64,000 nt of DNA from Patescibacteria group bacterium (GTDB taxonomy: Bacteria > Patescibacteriota > Dojkabacteria > GCA-002793355): positions 920,040-984,039 of the forward strand of contig BOKM01000001.1 of NCBI GenBank assembly GCA_016860985.1, written 5' to 3'. The position numbers and the translations under genes are program-made. Positions within the stretch are counted from its first letter, which is position 1; every line of letters begins with the position of its first letter. The notes beneath the pieces were generated by a model. It was not told the DNA's origin. It ran no database searches and saw nothing but the letters and a program-made list of their open reading frames with translations. Below are positions 41,246-50,739 of this stretch, in pieces.

Positions 41246-41530
41246 TTATGAATAGGCTTTAATAATCTCGTATACGGCATACGAAATTACAGATAAAATA
41301 AATAATACGAGCAGTGTTGTTAATTCGATGGTAAATCCCCAAAATACAACAGAGTCTGTAACAATTCCTAGAAATGGACGGAGTATCTTGTCGGTGGTGT
41401 TATACAACCATGCAATAATTCCTACCTGATTGCCAATGTTGATGAGTTTAAGAATAAACCGAAGCGAAAGTAGTGTTTCAATGATAACAAGAATCGTGTA
41501 AACAATCTGAGCGAGGAACCTGAATAACAT
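41246..41530 (-). CDS. YggT-like membrane protein
   Basis: LRFILKL..WLYNTTDKILRPFLGI; TATAAT 6 nt before ATG 41530. Confidence 0.75.
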   Translation of the reverse strand: MLFRFLAQIVYTILVIIETLLSLRFILKLINIGNQVGIIAWLYNTTDKILRPFLGIVTDSVVFWGFTIELTTLLVLFILSVISYAVYEIIKAYS

Positions 41531-41622
41531 ATTCGTATTATACAGTATTTCGGTGTTTTTAGCTAGTGTTAGCCCTCGAAAACCCTCAAGATTTCGGCCT
41601 GAACGCAATGCTTTAGCGCTAC

Positions 41623-42588
41623 CTATGCTTCTTCTTCTATCTGTTTGTGGTAAATTCGATTCTTCATGAATTTGTGGTACTCACCAAACCCTGATTCGTC
41701 TGGCTTACCTTCGTCGAACTCCTTTTGGAATTGCCGTGTCACGCTTGATGCAAGGTCAGACATTGACACAATGATTGCTTCTAATGTTGCAGGCCTCACA
41801 ACTGCGCCAAATTCTGGTTCTCTGTGATGTGAAAGGATAATGTGTTCGAGTGCAAGCTTCTTTTCTTCTGAGAACGTAGGTGGAAGAAAACGCTGCAGAA
41901 GTTGGATACCGATTGTAATATGTCCAATTAAATACCCCGAAAGTGTACGGATGAAGTTTGTTTGATCTAATCCAAGCTCATCGATCTTGCCAATATCGTG
42001 CAAGAAGATACCAGCGATAACAATGCTTCTGTTCCCTCTTGGGTAGAGCTTTAACATTGTTTCTGCAATTTCCATCATTTCAAGCGTGTGTTCGAGTAAT
42101 CCTCCGATGTAATCGTGATGTACTTTTTCTGCTGCGATTGCATATTTAAACTTCTTTCCAATTTCTGGGTCGTTAATGATAGAAAGAACTAAGCCACGAA
42201 TTTCTGCGTCCTTTAATGATGACAGTTTCTCTAGTAACTGGTCGAACATTGAGTCAACGTCTTTGTTGGTCATTTTGAGGAGGTCGTTCATGTCGTAATC
42301 GGTAGTCTTTTCTGCCTTTTTGATGGTGAGTTGTCGTTCTCCGTTATATTCAGAGGCTTCGAAATCAATCGAAATCACATCGCTTGAGTTCAGTTCCTCT
42401 GCGTGTGTTGCTGCAATCGAATCTCGCCAAATTTTTGCTGAAATGCTCCCTGTTTTGTCCTGTAACACAACTCTGAAATAGGGGTCTCCATTTTTTGCCT
42501 TGTGCTTTTGAATCTCTTTTATTGAGAATACTTGGTCGAATCCTACATCACTAGGTTTGATATTTTCTACATAATACGTTTTTGCCAT
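41623..42588 (-). CDS. yhaM: 3'-5' exoribonuclease YhaM family
   Basis: OB fold (LQDKTGSISAKIW), HHDYIGGLLEHT, HDIGK, SHH. Confidence 0.9.
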   Translation of the reverse strand: MAKTYYVENIKPSDVGFDQVFSIKEIQKHKAKNGDPYFRVVLQDKTGSISAKIWRDSIAATHAEELNSSDVISIDFEASEYNGERQLTIKKAEKTTDYDMNDLLKMTNKDVDSMFDQLLEKLSSLKDAEIRGLVLSIINDPEIGKKFKYAIAAEKVHHDYIGGLLEHTLEMMEIAETMLKLYPRGNRSIVIAGIFLHDIGKIDELGLDQTNFIRTLSGYLIGHITIGIQLLQRFLPPTFSEEKKLALEHIILSHHREPEFGAVVRPATLEAIIVSMSDLASSVTRQFQKEFDEGKPDESGFGEYHKFMKNRIYHKQIEEEA

Positions 42589-42627
42589 ATGCGATTATAA
42601 CGTAAAGAAAATGAATTGGATATAAAC

Positions 42628-42984
42628 TTACTTTTTTCCATCAATCTTTTCTTTGCAGGCAACGATTATTTCTGTAATAAGTTCAAACGGAAGAGGTTTG
42701 TCGAGTTCCATCTGAATAGTGCCTTTCGAAGTTTTATAGCCACGAAATTTTTCTTTGAAGTCTTCCATTATTGCAGCTCCAGGATAAAGGCCAATGTGAT
42801 GTGCGTATCCAGCAATATGCAGCATATGTTTACCTTTATAGTCAAAGGTTGGGATACCATAACTAAAGGTTTCAGTTAGGTTTGGCACGAGTTTATTTGC
42901 CAGCTCTCTAATTTGCATAAGCTTTTGCTGAGCAGCTTCTGGCAAGGTTAAGAAGTATGCTTCGAATGTAATGTTTTTCTGCAT
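42628..42984 (-). CDS. DUF1801/YdhG-like protein
   Basis: SYGIPTF, HIGLYP, YKTSKGTIQ. Confidence 0.85.
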   Translation of the reverse strand: MQKNITFEAYFLTLPEAAQQKLMQIRELANKLVPNLTETFSYGIPTFDYKGKHMLHIAGYAHHIGLYPGAAIMEDFKEKFRGYKTSKGTIQMELDKPLPFELITEIIVACKEKIDGKK

Positions 42985-43007
42985 TAGTTGTATTCGGTAA
43001 ACCAAAA

Positions 43008-43106
43008 TTAATTGCGTTCAGCTCTTCTTCCTAAGACATAACAAAATAGTGCAACGATTAGGTGGTTATTTCCTGCGTACTCTTGCTGTATTTCTGTTTC
43101 CATCAT
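43008..43106 (-). CDS. Possible 32-aa small ORF upstream of the DUF1801 gene
   Basis: MMETEIQQEYAGNNHLIVALFCYVLGRRAERN, downstream of TGATATACT. Confidence 0.25.
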   Translation of the reverse strand: MMETEIQQEYAGNNHLIVALFCYVLGRRAERN

Positions 43107-43148
43107 TTTCTGTATTTCAGTATATCAAATTGTGAGTTATGATGGAGT

Positions 43149-43496
43149 ATGACAAAACATAATGTGGCATTGATACTTCTTTTTCTTTTGTTATTGGGAG
43201 CAGTATTTTTATTGACGCAAAAGCCATTACTTTTGGCGGGCATTATTCTTCTTGCGCAGATAGCCAAATACAAAATTGCTCCGATTGAGCGTGAATGGAC
43301 TTGGTTCTTTGGAGTTGCAGTGCTTAGCGCTGTTATCGAGATTGGATTGGTAAATATAACCAGTTCCTGGACGTACAGTGCTCCTCAATTCTATGGTATA
43401 CCCTATTGGCCGCCTGTCTTTTGGGCATTTTTGGCGTGCTTCGCAATTGGATTTTATAAGAAAAACTATGCCCTTTCTGGTACTATAAAGAAATAA
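43149..43496 (+). CDS. Small membrane protein (DUF2878-like)
   Basis: Four hydrophobic segments, W.Y..P..GIPYWPP.FW. Confidence 0.7.
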   Translation: MTKHNVALILLFLLLLGAVFLLTQKPLLLAGIILLAQIAKYKIAPIEREWTWFFGVAVLSAVIEIGLVNITSSWTYSAPQFYGIPYWPPVFWAFLACFAIGFYKKNYALSGTIKK

Positions 43497-43512
43497 AATT
43501 GAAATCTCGCCT

Positions 43513-44463
43513 GTGATTGTGTCTGTCAGCTTACTGCTACTCGGTATTATTGGTGTATGGATTGGCTCTGGTTTTGCGATAAATAATGTATCAAGACTCG
43601 CCCTCCGAGCCCGTGTTCCCTCCTTCTTCATGTCGTTTCTTCTCCTTGGATTTCTGACTTCTTTTTCTGAGATTTTTGTCGGAGTAAGTGCATTAATCGA
43701 TAATGTTCCTGATGTTTTTGTGGGTAACTTGCTTGGAAGTTCCGTCGTGGTATTTTTCTTGGTCATTCCACTTTTTGCCTTACTATGTAATGGGATTACG
43801 CTGAACCATACATTTAGCTTTAGTCATTTGGTCCTCTCGAGTATTGTTGTTCTCCTTCCGGCATTGCTTACATTGGATAATGTGATTACTCCATTGGACG
43901 GCCTCATTCTCGTCGTGGTATACGCTTTTCTTCTTGTTGTGCAAGGAAAAGATTCTATAAGACATCTGGAGATGCTGACCTCAGGCAGAAAAGTAAGGAA
44001 TATGTTGTCACTGTTGTTGAAAACCATTGGCTCGGTGGCAATCATTTTTGTCGGCGCAAACCTCGTTATAGATCAAGTATTGTATCTGGGGAGTGTCTTA
44101 AAAATACAACCATTTGTGCTCAGTTTCATCCTCATATCTATCGGAACAAATATTCCAGAATTATCAATTGCTATTCGATCGCTATTTGAAAAGAAAACAA
44201 CAATCGCCTTTGGTAATTATGTTGGTTCCGCTTCGTTTAATACTTTGGAGCTTGGATTACTTAGTATGATACATGGTCAAAAAATTCCAGCACTCGGTTC
44301 GAACTATGCGGTTATTCTCTTTGCTGTTGGGATGTTTCTATTTCTTATATTTAGTAGAAGCAAAAAATCGATTAGTAGAAAAGAATCCTTGGTACTGCTT
44401 CTTGTGTACGTCGGAATCATCCTTATGGAATTATTTCTAAAGGGAGGTTGGAACTTGTGGTGA
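43513..44463 (+). CDS. Ca2+/Na+:cation antiporter (CaCA, YrbG-like)
   Basis: Alpha repeats GFLTSFSE..GNLLGS and GTNIPEL..GNYVGS. Confidence 0.9.
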   Translation: MIVSVSLLLLGIIGVWIGSGFAINNVSRLALRARVPSFFMSFLLLGFLTSFSEIFVGVSALIDNVPDVFVGNLLGSSVVVFFLVIPLFALLCNGITLNHTFSFSHLVLSSIVVLLPALLTLDNVITPLDGLILVVVYAFLLVVQGKDSIRHLEMLTSGRKVRNMLSLLLKTIGSVAIIFVGANLVIDQVLYLGSVLKIQPFVLSFILISIGTNIPELSIAIRSLFEKKTTIAFGNYVGSASFNTLELGLLSMIHGQKIPALGSNYAVILFAVGMFLFLIFSRSKKSISRKESLVLLLVYVGIILMELFLKGGWNLW

Positions 44464-44465
44464 TA

Positions 44466-45137
44466 TCAGGTCCCAAGGTAAAACGAAATAAGAAGTTCGT
44501 TTACCTTGGGTAAAATTTCTGGTTGGTACTGAAATTTATGCTCCATCCCTTCAATCAATTTCCACTCTTTTGGCATTGTTGCTCTGTCGTACAGTTGACG
44601 TGTGGTTGCCCATGGTACATTTTTATCTTCTGCTCCGGCTATAAAGAGAATTGGACAGGTCACTTTTCCGATCACATTGAGCGCGTTATACTTACGTGCG
44701 TCTTCGATAAACGCAAAGGGTATTTGTAACGTTCCGTATTTTGAGGAGGTAAAGGCTCTGGTGCCGGTTTCTTTCCACTCTTTGTATTTACCTGCAAGGT
44801 CGTCTTCTGTTCCTGCCTGATACGGAGTAACTGTTAATGAGAGTTTTACTGGTGCAAATTCGGCTGCCAATATTGTTGCGATAATCCCACCCATCGAATT
44901 GCCGTGAAGTATGAAGGAGGTTTTATTATGTTGTAATTCGGTAAGAAGCTTTCGTGCAGCAAGCAGGGTTTCGGTAAAGGAATACTGGTCTAAATCATTT
45001 GGATAATGTGGCCACGCAAGAATCATTACGGGAAAGCCTTCTTGTTCAAGTCGGATTTTTAACTCGACAAAAGTTTTTGTTTCAGGATATTCACCAAAAC
45101 CAGGAATTAGTATGATAGTTGGCTTTGAGGTATTCAT
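44466..45137 (-). CDS. Alpha/beta hydrolase
   Basis: GNSMGG nucleophile, GAEDKNV, GMEH. Confidence 0.88.
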   Translation of the reverse strand: MNTSKPTIILIPGFGEYPETKTFVELKIRLEQEGFPVMILAWPHYPNDLDQYSFTETLLAARKLLTELQHNKTSFILHGNSMGGIIATILAAEFAPVKLSLTVTPYQAGTEDDLAGKYKEWKETGTRAFTSSKYGTLQIPFAFIEDARKYNALNVIGKVTCPILFIAGAEDKNVPWATTRQLYDRATMPKEWKLIEGMEHKFQYQPEILPKVNELLISFYLGT

Positions 45138-45154
45138 AGCTGAAGTATAACACG

Positions 45155-45703
45155 CTAGCGGTTCATCGCTTTGTCTAGTGCGAGAATCCCTATACCGTTA
45201 AGCTCAAAAACGCTCTTCCCTATTAGTCGTCCTAAAGAATATTCACTTACGTTATAACCTTTTTGGTCATCGAGAAAATCGACACGAAACATTTCGTCTT
45301 CTCTCTTCCCGACTACACCTATATGAAGTCCTTTTCCAGGTTTACAAACGAGTGCGACGCTGTCAAAAACTCCAGAAGCAATCATTACAAGCCCCATTGC
45401 TGTTGCAGAGAGACGACAATCAGTCTCTCCAGCTTCCATTTCAAAGATAAGTTGATCGCTTAATGAATGATCGTGTGAACGTACTGGAAAGTTTCTACTT
45501 ATAATTTCAGCGGTATTTTCTAAGAATCCTTTGGTGGTTGTGGATTGTTTAATTACGTCGCTGACGCCTAGGTCCATAAGGCATTTTTGTGCAAGTAAAA
45601 GTAGTGATGCTTCTACTCTTCTTTGTTTCTCACCATCCCCATTAAGACTCACTCTATTAAACATAAAGCGAATTATACCATTTTTGGGCATTTTGGTCGA
45701 CAA
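45155..45703 (-). CDS. Hypothetical protein, possible Cys-His-Asp transglutaminase/papain-like fold
   Basis: ETDCRLSA, GLHIGVV, FRVDF. Confidence 0.5.
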   Translation of the reverse strand: MSTKMPKNGIIRFMFNRVSLNGDGEKQRRVEASLLLLAQKCLMDLGVSDVIKQSTTTKGFLENTAEIISRNFPVRSHDHSLSDQLIFEMEAGETDCRLSATAMGLVMIASGVFDSVALVCKPGKGLHIGVVGKREDEMFRVDFLDDQKGYNVSEYSLGRLIGKSVFELNGIGILALDKAMNR

Positions 45704-45747
45704 AAAGGGGCTTTCCCACTTATCCCAAAGAGGTTATAATCTACGAC

Positions 45748-46497
45748 ATGGCAGAATCGCTACAGTACCTAAAACCCATTTACATCAATAATGATTCACA
45801 ATCACTTGTGCTTTTTCTAAGCGGAGATGGAATGACTAACGACTTTGAAGGAATTTCCAAAAGGCTTAACGAAGAAAATAGTGCACATGACTATCTTTCC
45901 TTTACTTATCGTGGTTCGGAGGAAGATATTATTCAGTCGCTGCCTACTATCATTGAAGATTCCGATACTATCGCAAAGCAATTCTTTACAAAATACAAAG
46001 AGGTTCATTTAGTGTGTACGAGTACAGGTGCTGTTCCCTCGATCTTTTTATTATGTAATCCAGAATGGAACGCGAAGATTCGGAAAGTTGTGTTCCTTGA
46101 CCCTGCAGATTATTATATGCCCACGAGCAACGACACTCAGTTAGTCGGAAACTACCCATGGGGAGGAGCCGCAGCATATTCTCCTACACACAAAACGGTG
46201 AGTAATATGTTACTTGAGTATAATGGAAGTGCTCTGATTCATGTGGCCGGCTTTACACTCCGAAACACCAACGGTGAGAGTTACTATCCTTCGGAAATGC
46301 GTCACCTTGATCATGAAGGAGGATTTCCCCGAATGAATCAGGAAATGGTTAAGGCGTTTTACGAAAAAATTCCGACACAAAACAAAGGGGAGTACTTGAC
46401 GCTGAATGATGTCCCTCATGCGTATGTGAGGGATGGGATGATTGAGAAGAATTTATCTGTTCTCACGGAATTGATAACTGAGCTTCTTGAAAGTTAA
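45748..46497 (+). CDS. Alpha/beta hydrolase-fold protein
   Basis: FLSG, CTSTGA, FLDPAD, VPHA. Confidence 0.7.
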   Translation: MAESLQYLKPIYINNDSQSLVLFLSGDGMTNDFEGISKRLNEENSAHDYLSFTYRGSEEDIIQSLPTIIEDSDTIAKQFFTKYKEVHLVCTSTGAVPSIFLLCNPEWNAKIRKVVFLDPADYYMPTSNDTQLVGNYPWGGAAAYSPTHKTVSNMLLEYNGSALIHVAGFTLRNTNGESYYPSEMRHLDHEGGFPRMNQEMVKAFYEKIPTQNKGEYLTLNDVPHAYVRDGMIEKNLSVLTELITELLES

Positions 46498-46898
46498 GCG
46501 ACTTCGATTTTTACGAGCTTTCCTCTCCTCTTTACGATATTTTTGTAATCCCATTGAATGTTTGCTGCCTTTGATAGCCATCGTTTGAGCAAGTGAGCAT
46601 CTATCTGCTCTACTGAAGTGTAAAAAATCGAGGCGTCCTTAAATTTTCCTGTGCCTGGCTCTAGTTGATTCTCTCCAAAGTCTGCTCCACTCCAAAACAT
46701 TAGCCTCAATCCAAGCTTTTGGCTGCTATACCCAACGATTGGATTTCCATCAAGAAACCATACGGGTGCACCGTGCCAGAGTTTAGAGGTCGCGTTTGTG
46801 AGTTCTGTATTAATAATTGCTTGGAGCTTCGCACTGATAGCTTGTTCTTGTGATGTTAAAGAGTTGTTGTATTCTTCGATTGTGGTTGGTTTTTGCAT
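46494..46898 (-). CDS. DUF1801 domain protein
   Basis: KLWHGAPVWFLDGNPIVGY, LMFWSG, QWDYKNIVKRRG. Confidence 0.85.
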   Translation of the reverse strand: MQKPTTIEEYNNSLTSQEQAISAKLQAIINTELTNATSKLWHGAPVWFLDGNPIVGYSSQKLGLRLMFWSGADFGENQLEPGTGKFKDASIFYTSVEQIDAHLLKRWLSKAANIQWDYKNIVKRRGKLVKIEVA

Positions 46899-46920
46899 AA
46901 GAGAAAGTTTAAACTTATAG

Positions 46921-47715
46921 TTACGCACCATCAAAAGTTGGTATAGCGGGTAAAATTTGATCGCCAAAGGGTAAATCCACTAGAAATCGTCTGACTTCGG
47001 AAAGGCACTTACCATGTTTGTCAGAAATTGAAGGAATACTTTGTTCATACAAGTTGCAGAAATCGGAAATAACAGCTCTAGCGGCATCTAACTTCTCTTC
47101 AACTCTGTACTCTAACCAAGAGATATGGCGACAAAACCAATAGACCGTAAGCGCAAGGGATTCGCTCCTATCATCAAGGTAGAAGTCAGTATCAATAAGA
47201 TAAAACTTATCTACTGAACTTTCTGAGGGATTGATATTTTTTTTGTGCCCGAAAACATATTGCGAAGGACCGCATATATCAGTCAAAAAAGGTTCTCTGT
47301 TGTGAAGTTTAGAGAGGTAATATTTTGCAATGTTCTCATAAAGTATTTTTATCTCTACCGAGTGCGACTTAATTTCTTCTTGGCTTCTATGCTGTAAATC
47401 TGTACCTTCAATCATATCTACGGTGGTAGCTATAAGTGTGTCGTTATTATCGATTCGAATTGTTCTGGTTGAGAATGGTGAGTCTATACCATGCTGTTCA
47501 CGAAGTTCATTGTAGAGTGTTGTACCTAGGTTTAATAATTCTTCTCCCGAGTACTGTTTTCCGAGTCTGTTTTTATATTGCTTTTCTAGTGATTGAATCG
47601 TAGTAATCCTTACCATATAAGCATTCCCAAGAATATCCTCGAATAGTTCGGAGTCCTGAACCTTTATAAGGTTAGAATGTGTATCGAAGATTGTTGTGGA
47701 TTTTGGTCTGAGCAT
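46921..47715 (-). CDS. Hypothetical protein, possible protein-kinase-like fold
   Basis: VDMIEGTDL, LTDICGPSQYVFG, FYLIDTD. Confidence 0.5.
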   Translation of the reverse strand: MLRPKSTTIFDTHSNLIKVQDSELFEDILGNAYMVRITTIQSLEKQYKNRLGKQYSGEELLNLGTTLYNELREQHGIDSPFSTRTIRIDNNDTLIATTVDMIEGTDLQHRSQEEIKSHSVEIKILYENIAKYYLSKLHNREPFLTDICGPSQYVFGHKKNINPSESSVDKFYLIDTDFYLDDRSESLALTVYWFCRHISWLEYRVEEKLDAARAVISDFCNLYEQSIPSISDKHGKCLSEVRRFLVDLPFGDQILPAIPTFDGA

Positions 47716-47848
47716 TCGTAATATTATTAAATAGGGTTAACTGCTGGAGTAGTGATAAGAGGTGCATCATTTTCTATTTTTTATTGTAGCAGTAAAAGGC
47801 AATGAGAAAAAAGACTTTCAGCATAACTACAGCATGTTAAAATTGTCT

Positions 47849-48754
47849 ATGAAGATTTATGTAGTTGGAACAGGCGGGGTTGGTGGTTTCTTTGGCGGAA
47901 AGCTCGCCCTCGCTGGTAATGATGTGACATTTTTAGCACGCGGAGAAAGTTACGAGAAAATAAAGTCAGAGGGATTGGTAATAAAGAGTGTTGACGGCGA
48001 TTTTTCTATTAATCCAGCAAAAGTCATAAGCTCATACGACGAGATAAGTAATCCTGACTTAATCTTTTTTGCTGTAAAAACCTACGATACCGATGAAGTA
48101 GCAAAAGCGTTAGCCGAACATGTTACATCAGAAACGGTAATAATTTCTTTCCAGAATGGAATCAGAAACGAGATTGCAATTCAGCAATATGTAAAAACAG
48201 CGGAGGTTTATCCGGGAATTGCATATGTAATCTCAGCAAAAACTGAGCCAAATACTATCAGCCAGACTGGTGGGTTGAAAAGACTGGTTTTTGGCGATAA
48301 AAGTAATTCCAATAATCAAAAATTAAAGAAAATTGAAGTTCTGTTTCGTGACGCGGGCATTGATGCAATTCTTTCCTCAGACATTGAGGCCGATGTGTGG
48401 AAAAAATATATTTTCATAAATGCCTTTGCAGGTATGACTGCCCTAATATGCAGTCCTATTGGAAAAATATTAGAAAATGCAGACTACACTCAGATGTACG
48501 AGGATTGCGTTCACGAGAATATTGCTATCGCAAAGAAAATGAATGTTAATCTGCCAGAAACAATATTCGAAGATACAATGAAGTTAACAAGAAATACTAA
48601 CCCCGCTGCAAAATCGTCACTTTTAATTGATATTGAAAATAACAGGAAAACAGAGATTGAAAGCCTCAATGGAATGATTGTAAGGTTGGCAGCGGAGTGT
48701 GCGGTAGAGGTGCCAGTAAATGAGAAGATTTACTACGAACTAAAGAATAAGTAG
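47849..48754 (+). CDS. panE: 2-dehydropantoate 2-reductase
   Basis: GTGGVGG, AVKTYD, FQNG, WKKYI, SSLLID..RKTEIE; start ATG 47849 5 nt after TAAAAT. Confidence 0.92.
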   Translation: MKIYVVGTGGVGGFFGGKLALAGNDVTFLARGESYEKIKSEGLVIKSVDGDFSINPAKVISSYDEISNPDLIFFAVKTYDTDEVAKALAEHVTSETVIISFQNGIRNEIAIQQYVKTAEVYPGIAYVISAKTEPNTISQTGGLKRLVFGDKSNSNNQKLKKIEVLFRDAGIDAILSSDIEADVWKKYIFINAFAGMTALICSPIGKILENADYTQMYEDCVHENIAIAKKMNVNLPETIFEDTMKLTRNTNPAAKSSLLIDIENNRKTEIESLNGMIVRLAAECAVEVPVNEKIYYELKNK

Positions 48755-48801
48755 AGTTTGTTAATTACAGAGTGGAGTTCCAGGTCTGAAAGGAGTATAC
48801 A

Positions 48802-48875
48802 AGCTGGAAACGGGAGTCGAACCCGTGACCTCTCCCTTACCAAGGGAGTGCTCTAGCCAACTGAGCTATTCCAGC
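48802..48875 (-). tRNA. tRNA-Thr(GGT)
   Basis: GCTGGAA/TTCCAGC acceptor, CTCCC-TTGGTAA-GGGAG, GGTTCGACTCCC. Confidence 0.96.
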
Positions 48876-48965
48876 ATAGTGTCGGAATGAAAATATTCCA
48901 AGGAAACGTGAGTCACACTACGTATTCCAGCAGATTATAACATCTTTCTTTTTACTTCGGAATTG

Positions 48966-50624
48966 CTAGGCGTTGCTATCGCTCGGTTCATTAAGTAGCC
49001 GCAGCATCACCTCTTTTTCGTTCCAAGGTCGTTCTTCTGTTTCAAAACAAAGACTCTTCTCTGGTCCCTTTCCTGCACAAATAACCACATCTCCAGGTTG
49101 AGCAAGCGAGAAGGCTTTTCTGATTGCTTCGACTCGAATCTCTTCTTTGATCGAAGCATCGTCAAAGCGGTAGAGTGTTCGTTTATCTTGTAATTGTTGT
49201 TCCGTAACACAGGCACGCCACCCCTTCTCGATTGCATCGTTAATTTCAGAAAGTTTTTCTGTGCGTGGATCCTCTGCGGTGAGAATGGTAATGTCGGCAT
49301 ATTGTGCTGCTGCAGCTCCCATTCTCGGTCTCTTAACGGTATCTCTCTGACCCGCTGTTCCGAATACAACGATTACTCTATTAGTACTTGGAAGTGTTCG
49401 GTAAGTTTTAAGAATTGCTTCCAATGATTCTGGTGTATGTGCAAAATCAAGCACTGCTTTAAAGGGTGCCGTTTGAAGAACTTCGTTTCTGCCATCAACA
49501 GGATGAAGCTTCTCAATAACATTAGGAATTTCCGGTAATTCTAGTTCACGGGCAATAATTATAGAGGCAAATACATTAGTAGCGTTAAAAGCACCTGCAA
49601 AGGGTACGTTAAAATGCTCTGATGCCGTTTCATCTTTTGCACTCTGCAGATCGAAAGATATCGAATTTTCATTAGTTACGAGATTCTTGGCTACATAGCC
49701 TTGAGAGTCTGGGAAAGATAGCCCTTCCTGAGAAATTGTGAAAACTTTAGTCGCATATTTATAGAGTTCAGGGTATACTTTTTCTCTAATATTCTCGTCG
49801 TCGATATTAACGATTGCAACGCCACAGTCGGGTTTTAGAAATGTGGTGACAAGCTTCATTTTGGTCATGAGTACATGCTCGAGTGTTTTATGGAAATCTA
49901 AATGTTCTGGTTGCACATTTGTGAGAACTGCGTAGTCGAACTTTAATCCAGAAATACGACCTGTAGCTATTGCATGAGATGAAGATTCTACAACAATTAT
50001 TTCACTTTCCTTTTCCAACATCTTTTGAAAAAGTACCGCGAGTTCTTGGGCAGAAGGGGTGCTGGTGTGCAAGCCTGTTTCAATTTTTTCGTCTAAAATT
50101 CTTCCTCCAATTGTGCTGATGAGGCTAACTTTCCTACCAAGCATAGTAAGCGTGTCGTACAGCATTTGAGAGGTTGTAGTCTTTCCTTTGCTTCCTGTTA
50201 CACCAATAAGTATCGTCTTTCCGAAGTCAATGTCGTAAAGAGGTGCAATATTTGATTCCTTTATCGCGCTCAGCACGTAAGTGTCTTCCTTAAATTCGTC
50301 CATCGCATATGCTTCGACAATCATGTCGTAAAAAGTCCCGACATCGTAGGTTTTTGTATTGGGATTTGCAGCGAAAATCTGCTCTTGTAATCTTTGTGGG
50401 AGTGCTGTGGTGTACAAAATAAGATTTGAATCAGGGAAAGACCAGGAATCAGGATTTTGAATTCGGATGTTCGCACCTAAGTGTACAAGCTCTTTGGTGT
50501 GCTCATTTTCTTTTTGGTCGTAACCATCTACAGAAATTTTAAGGAGTGAGAGCACTTTTGCAACGTAGTACGCTGCGCCACCACCAACACCAATTACCGT
50601 AACTTTTTTGAGTGAAGAAAACAT
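48966..50624 (-). CDS. murE: MurE-type ligase with a MurC/D-like N-terminal Rossmann domain
   Basis: GVTGSKGKTTT, ESSSH, HLDFH, DFAHTP, GQRD..KRP.MG, EDPR, GKGPE; N-terminus IGVGGGA. Confidence 0.8.
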   Translation of the reverse strand: MFSSLKKVTVIGVGGGAAYYVAKVLSLLKISVDGYDQKENEHTKELVHLGANIRIQNPDSWSFPDSNLILYTTALPQRLQEQIFAANPNTKTYDVGTFYDMIVEAYAMDEFKEDTYVLSAIKESNIAPLYDIDFGKTILIGVTGSKGKTTTSQMLYDTLTMLGRKVSLISTIGGRILDEKIETGLHTSTPSAQELAVLFQKMLEKESEIIVVESSSHAIATGRISGLKFDYAVLTNVQPEHLDFHKTLEHVLMTKMKLVTTFLKPDCGVAIVNIDDENIREKVYPELYKYATKVFTISQEGLSFPDSQGYVAKNLVTNENSISFDLQSAKDETASEHFNVPFAGAFNATNVFASIIIARELELPEIPNVIEKLHPVDGRNEVLQTAPFKAVLDFAHTPESLEAILKTYRTLPSTNRVIVVFGTAGQRDTVKRPRMGAAAAQYADITILTAEDPRTEKLSEINDAIEKGWRACVTEQQLQDKRTLYRFDDASIKEEIRVEAIRKAFSLAQPGDVVICAGKGPEKSLCFETEERPWNEKEVMLRLLNEPSDSNA

Positions 50625-50739
50625 AAGAATGAGTCTTAATCCAATAACTTATATCACATAGCTTGGAATCCATTCTTCCACCAGAATTGTGATATGTCAA
50701 CCAAGACGACACCTACGCCTAGCTAAAAACACGTGAAAA

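Noticed and set aside
43227-43766. 179-aa minus-strand ORF, and similar shadow ORFs at 38594, 53768, 57950 and 61425
   Set aside because: They are antisense to well-supported genes and carry no motifs.
42628-48800. Integron cassette array
   Set aside because: Genes alternate in orientation, spacers are too short, and no paired attC boxes were found.
50651-50695. ATATCACA/TGTGATAT inverted repeat upstream of murE
   Set aside because: Only 8 bp, AT-rich and widely spaced, so it could be chance.
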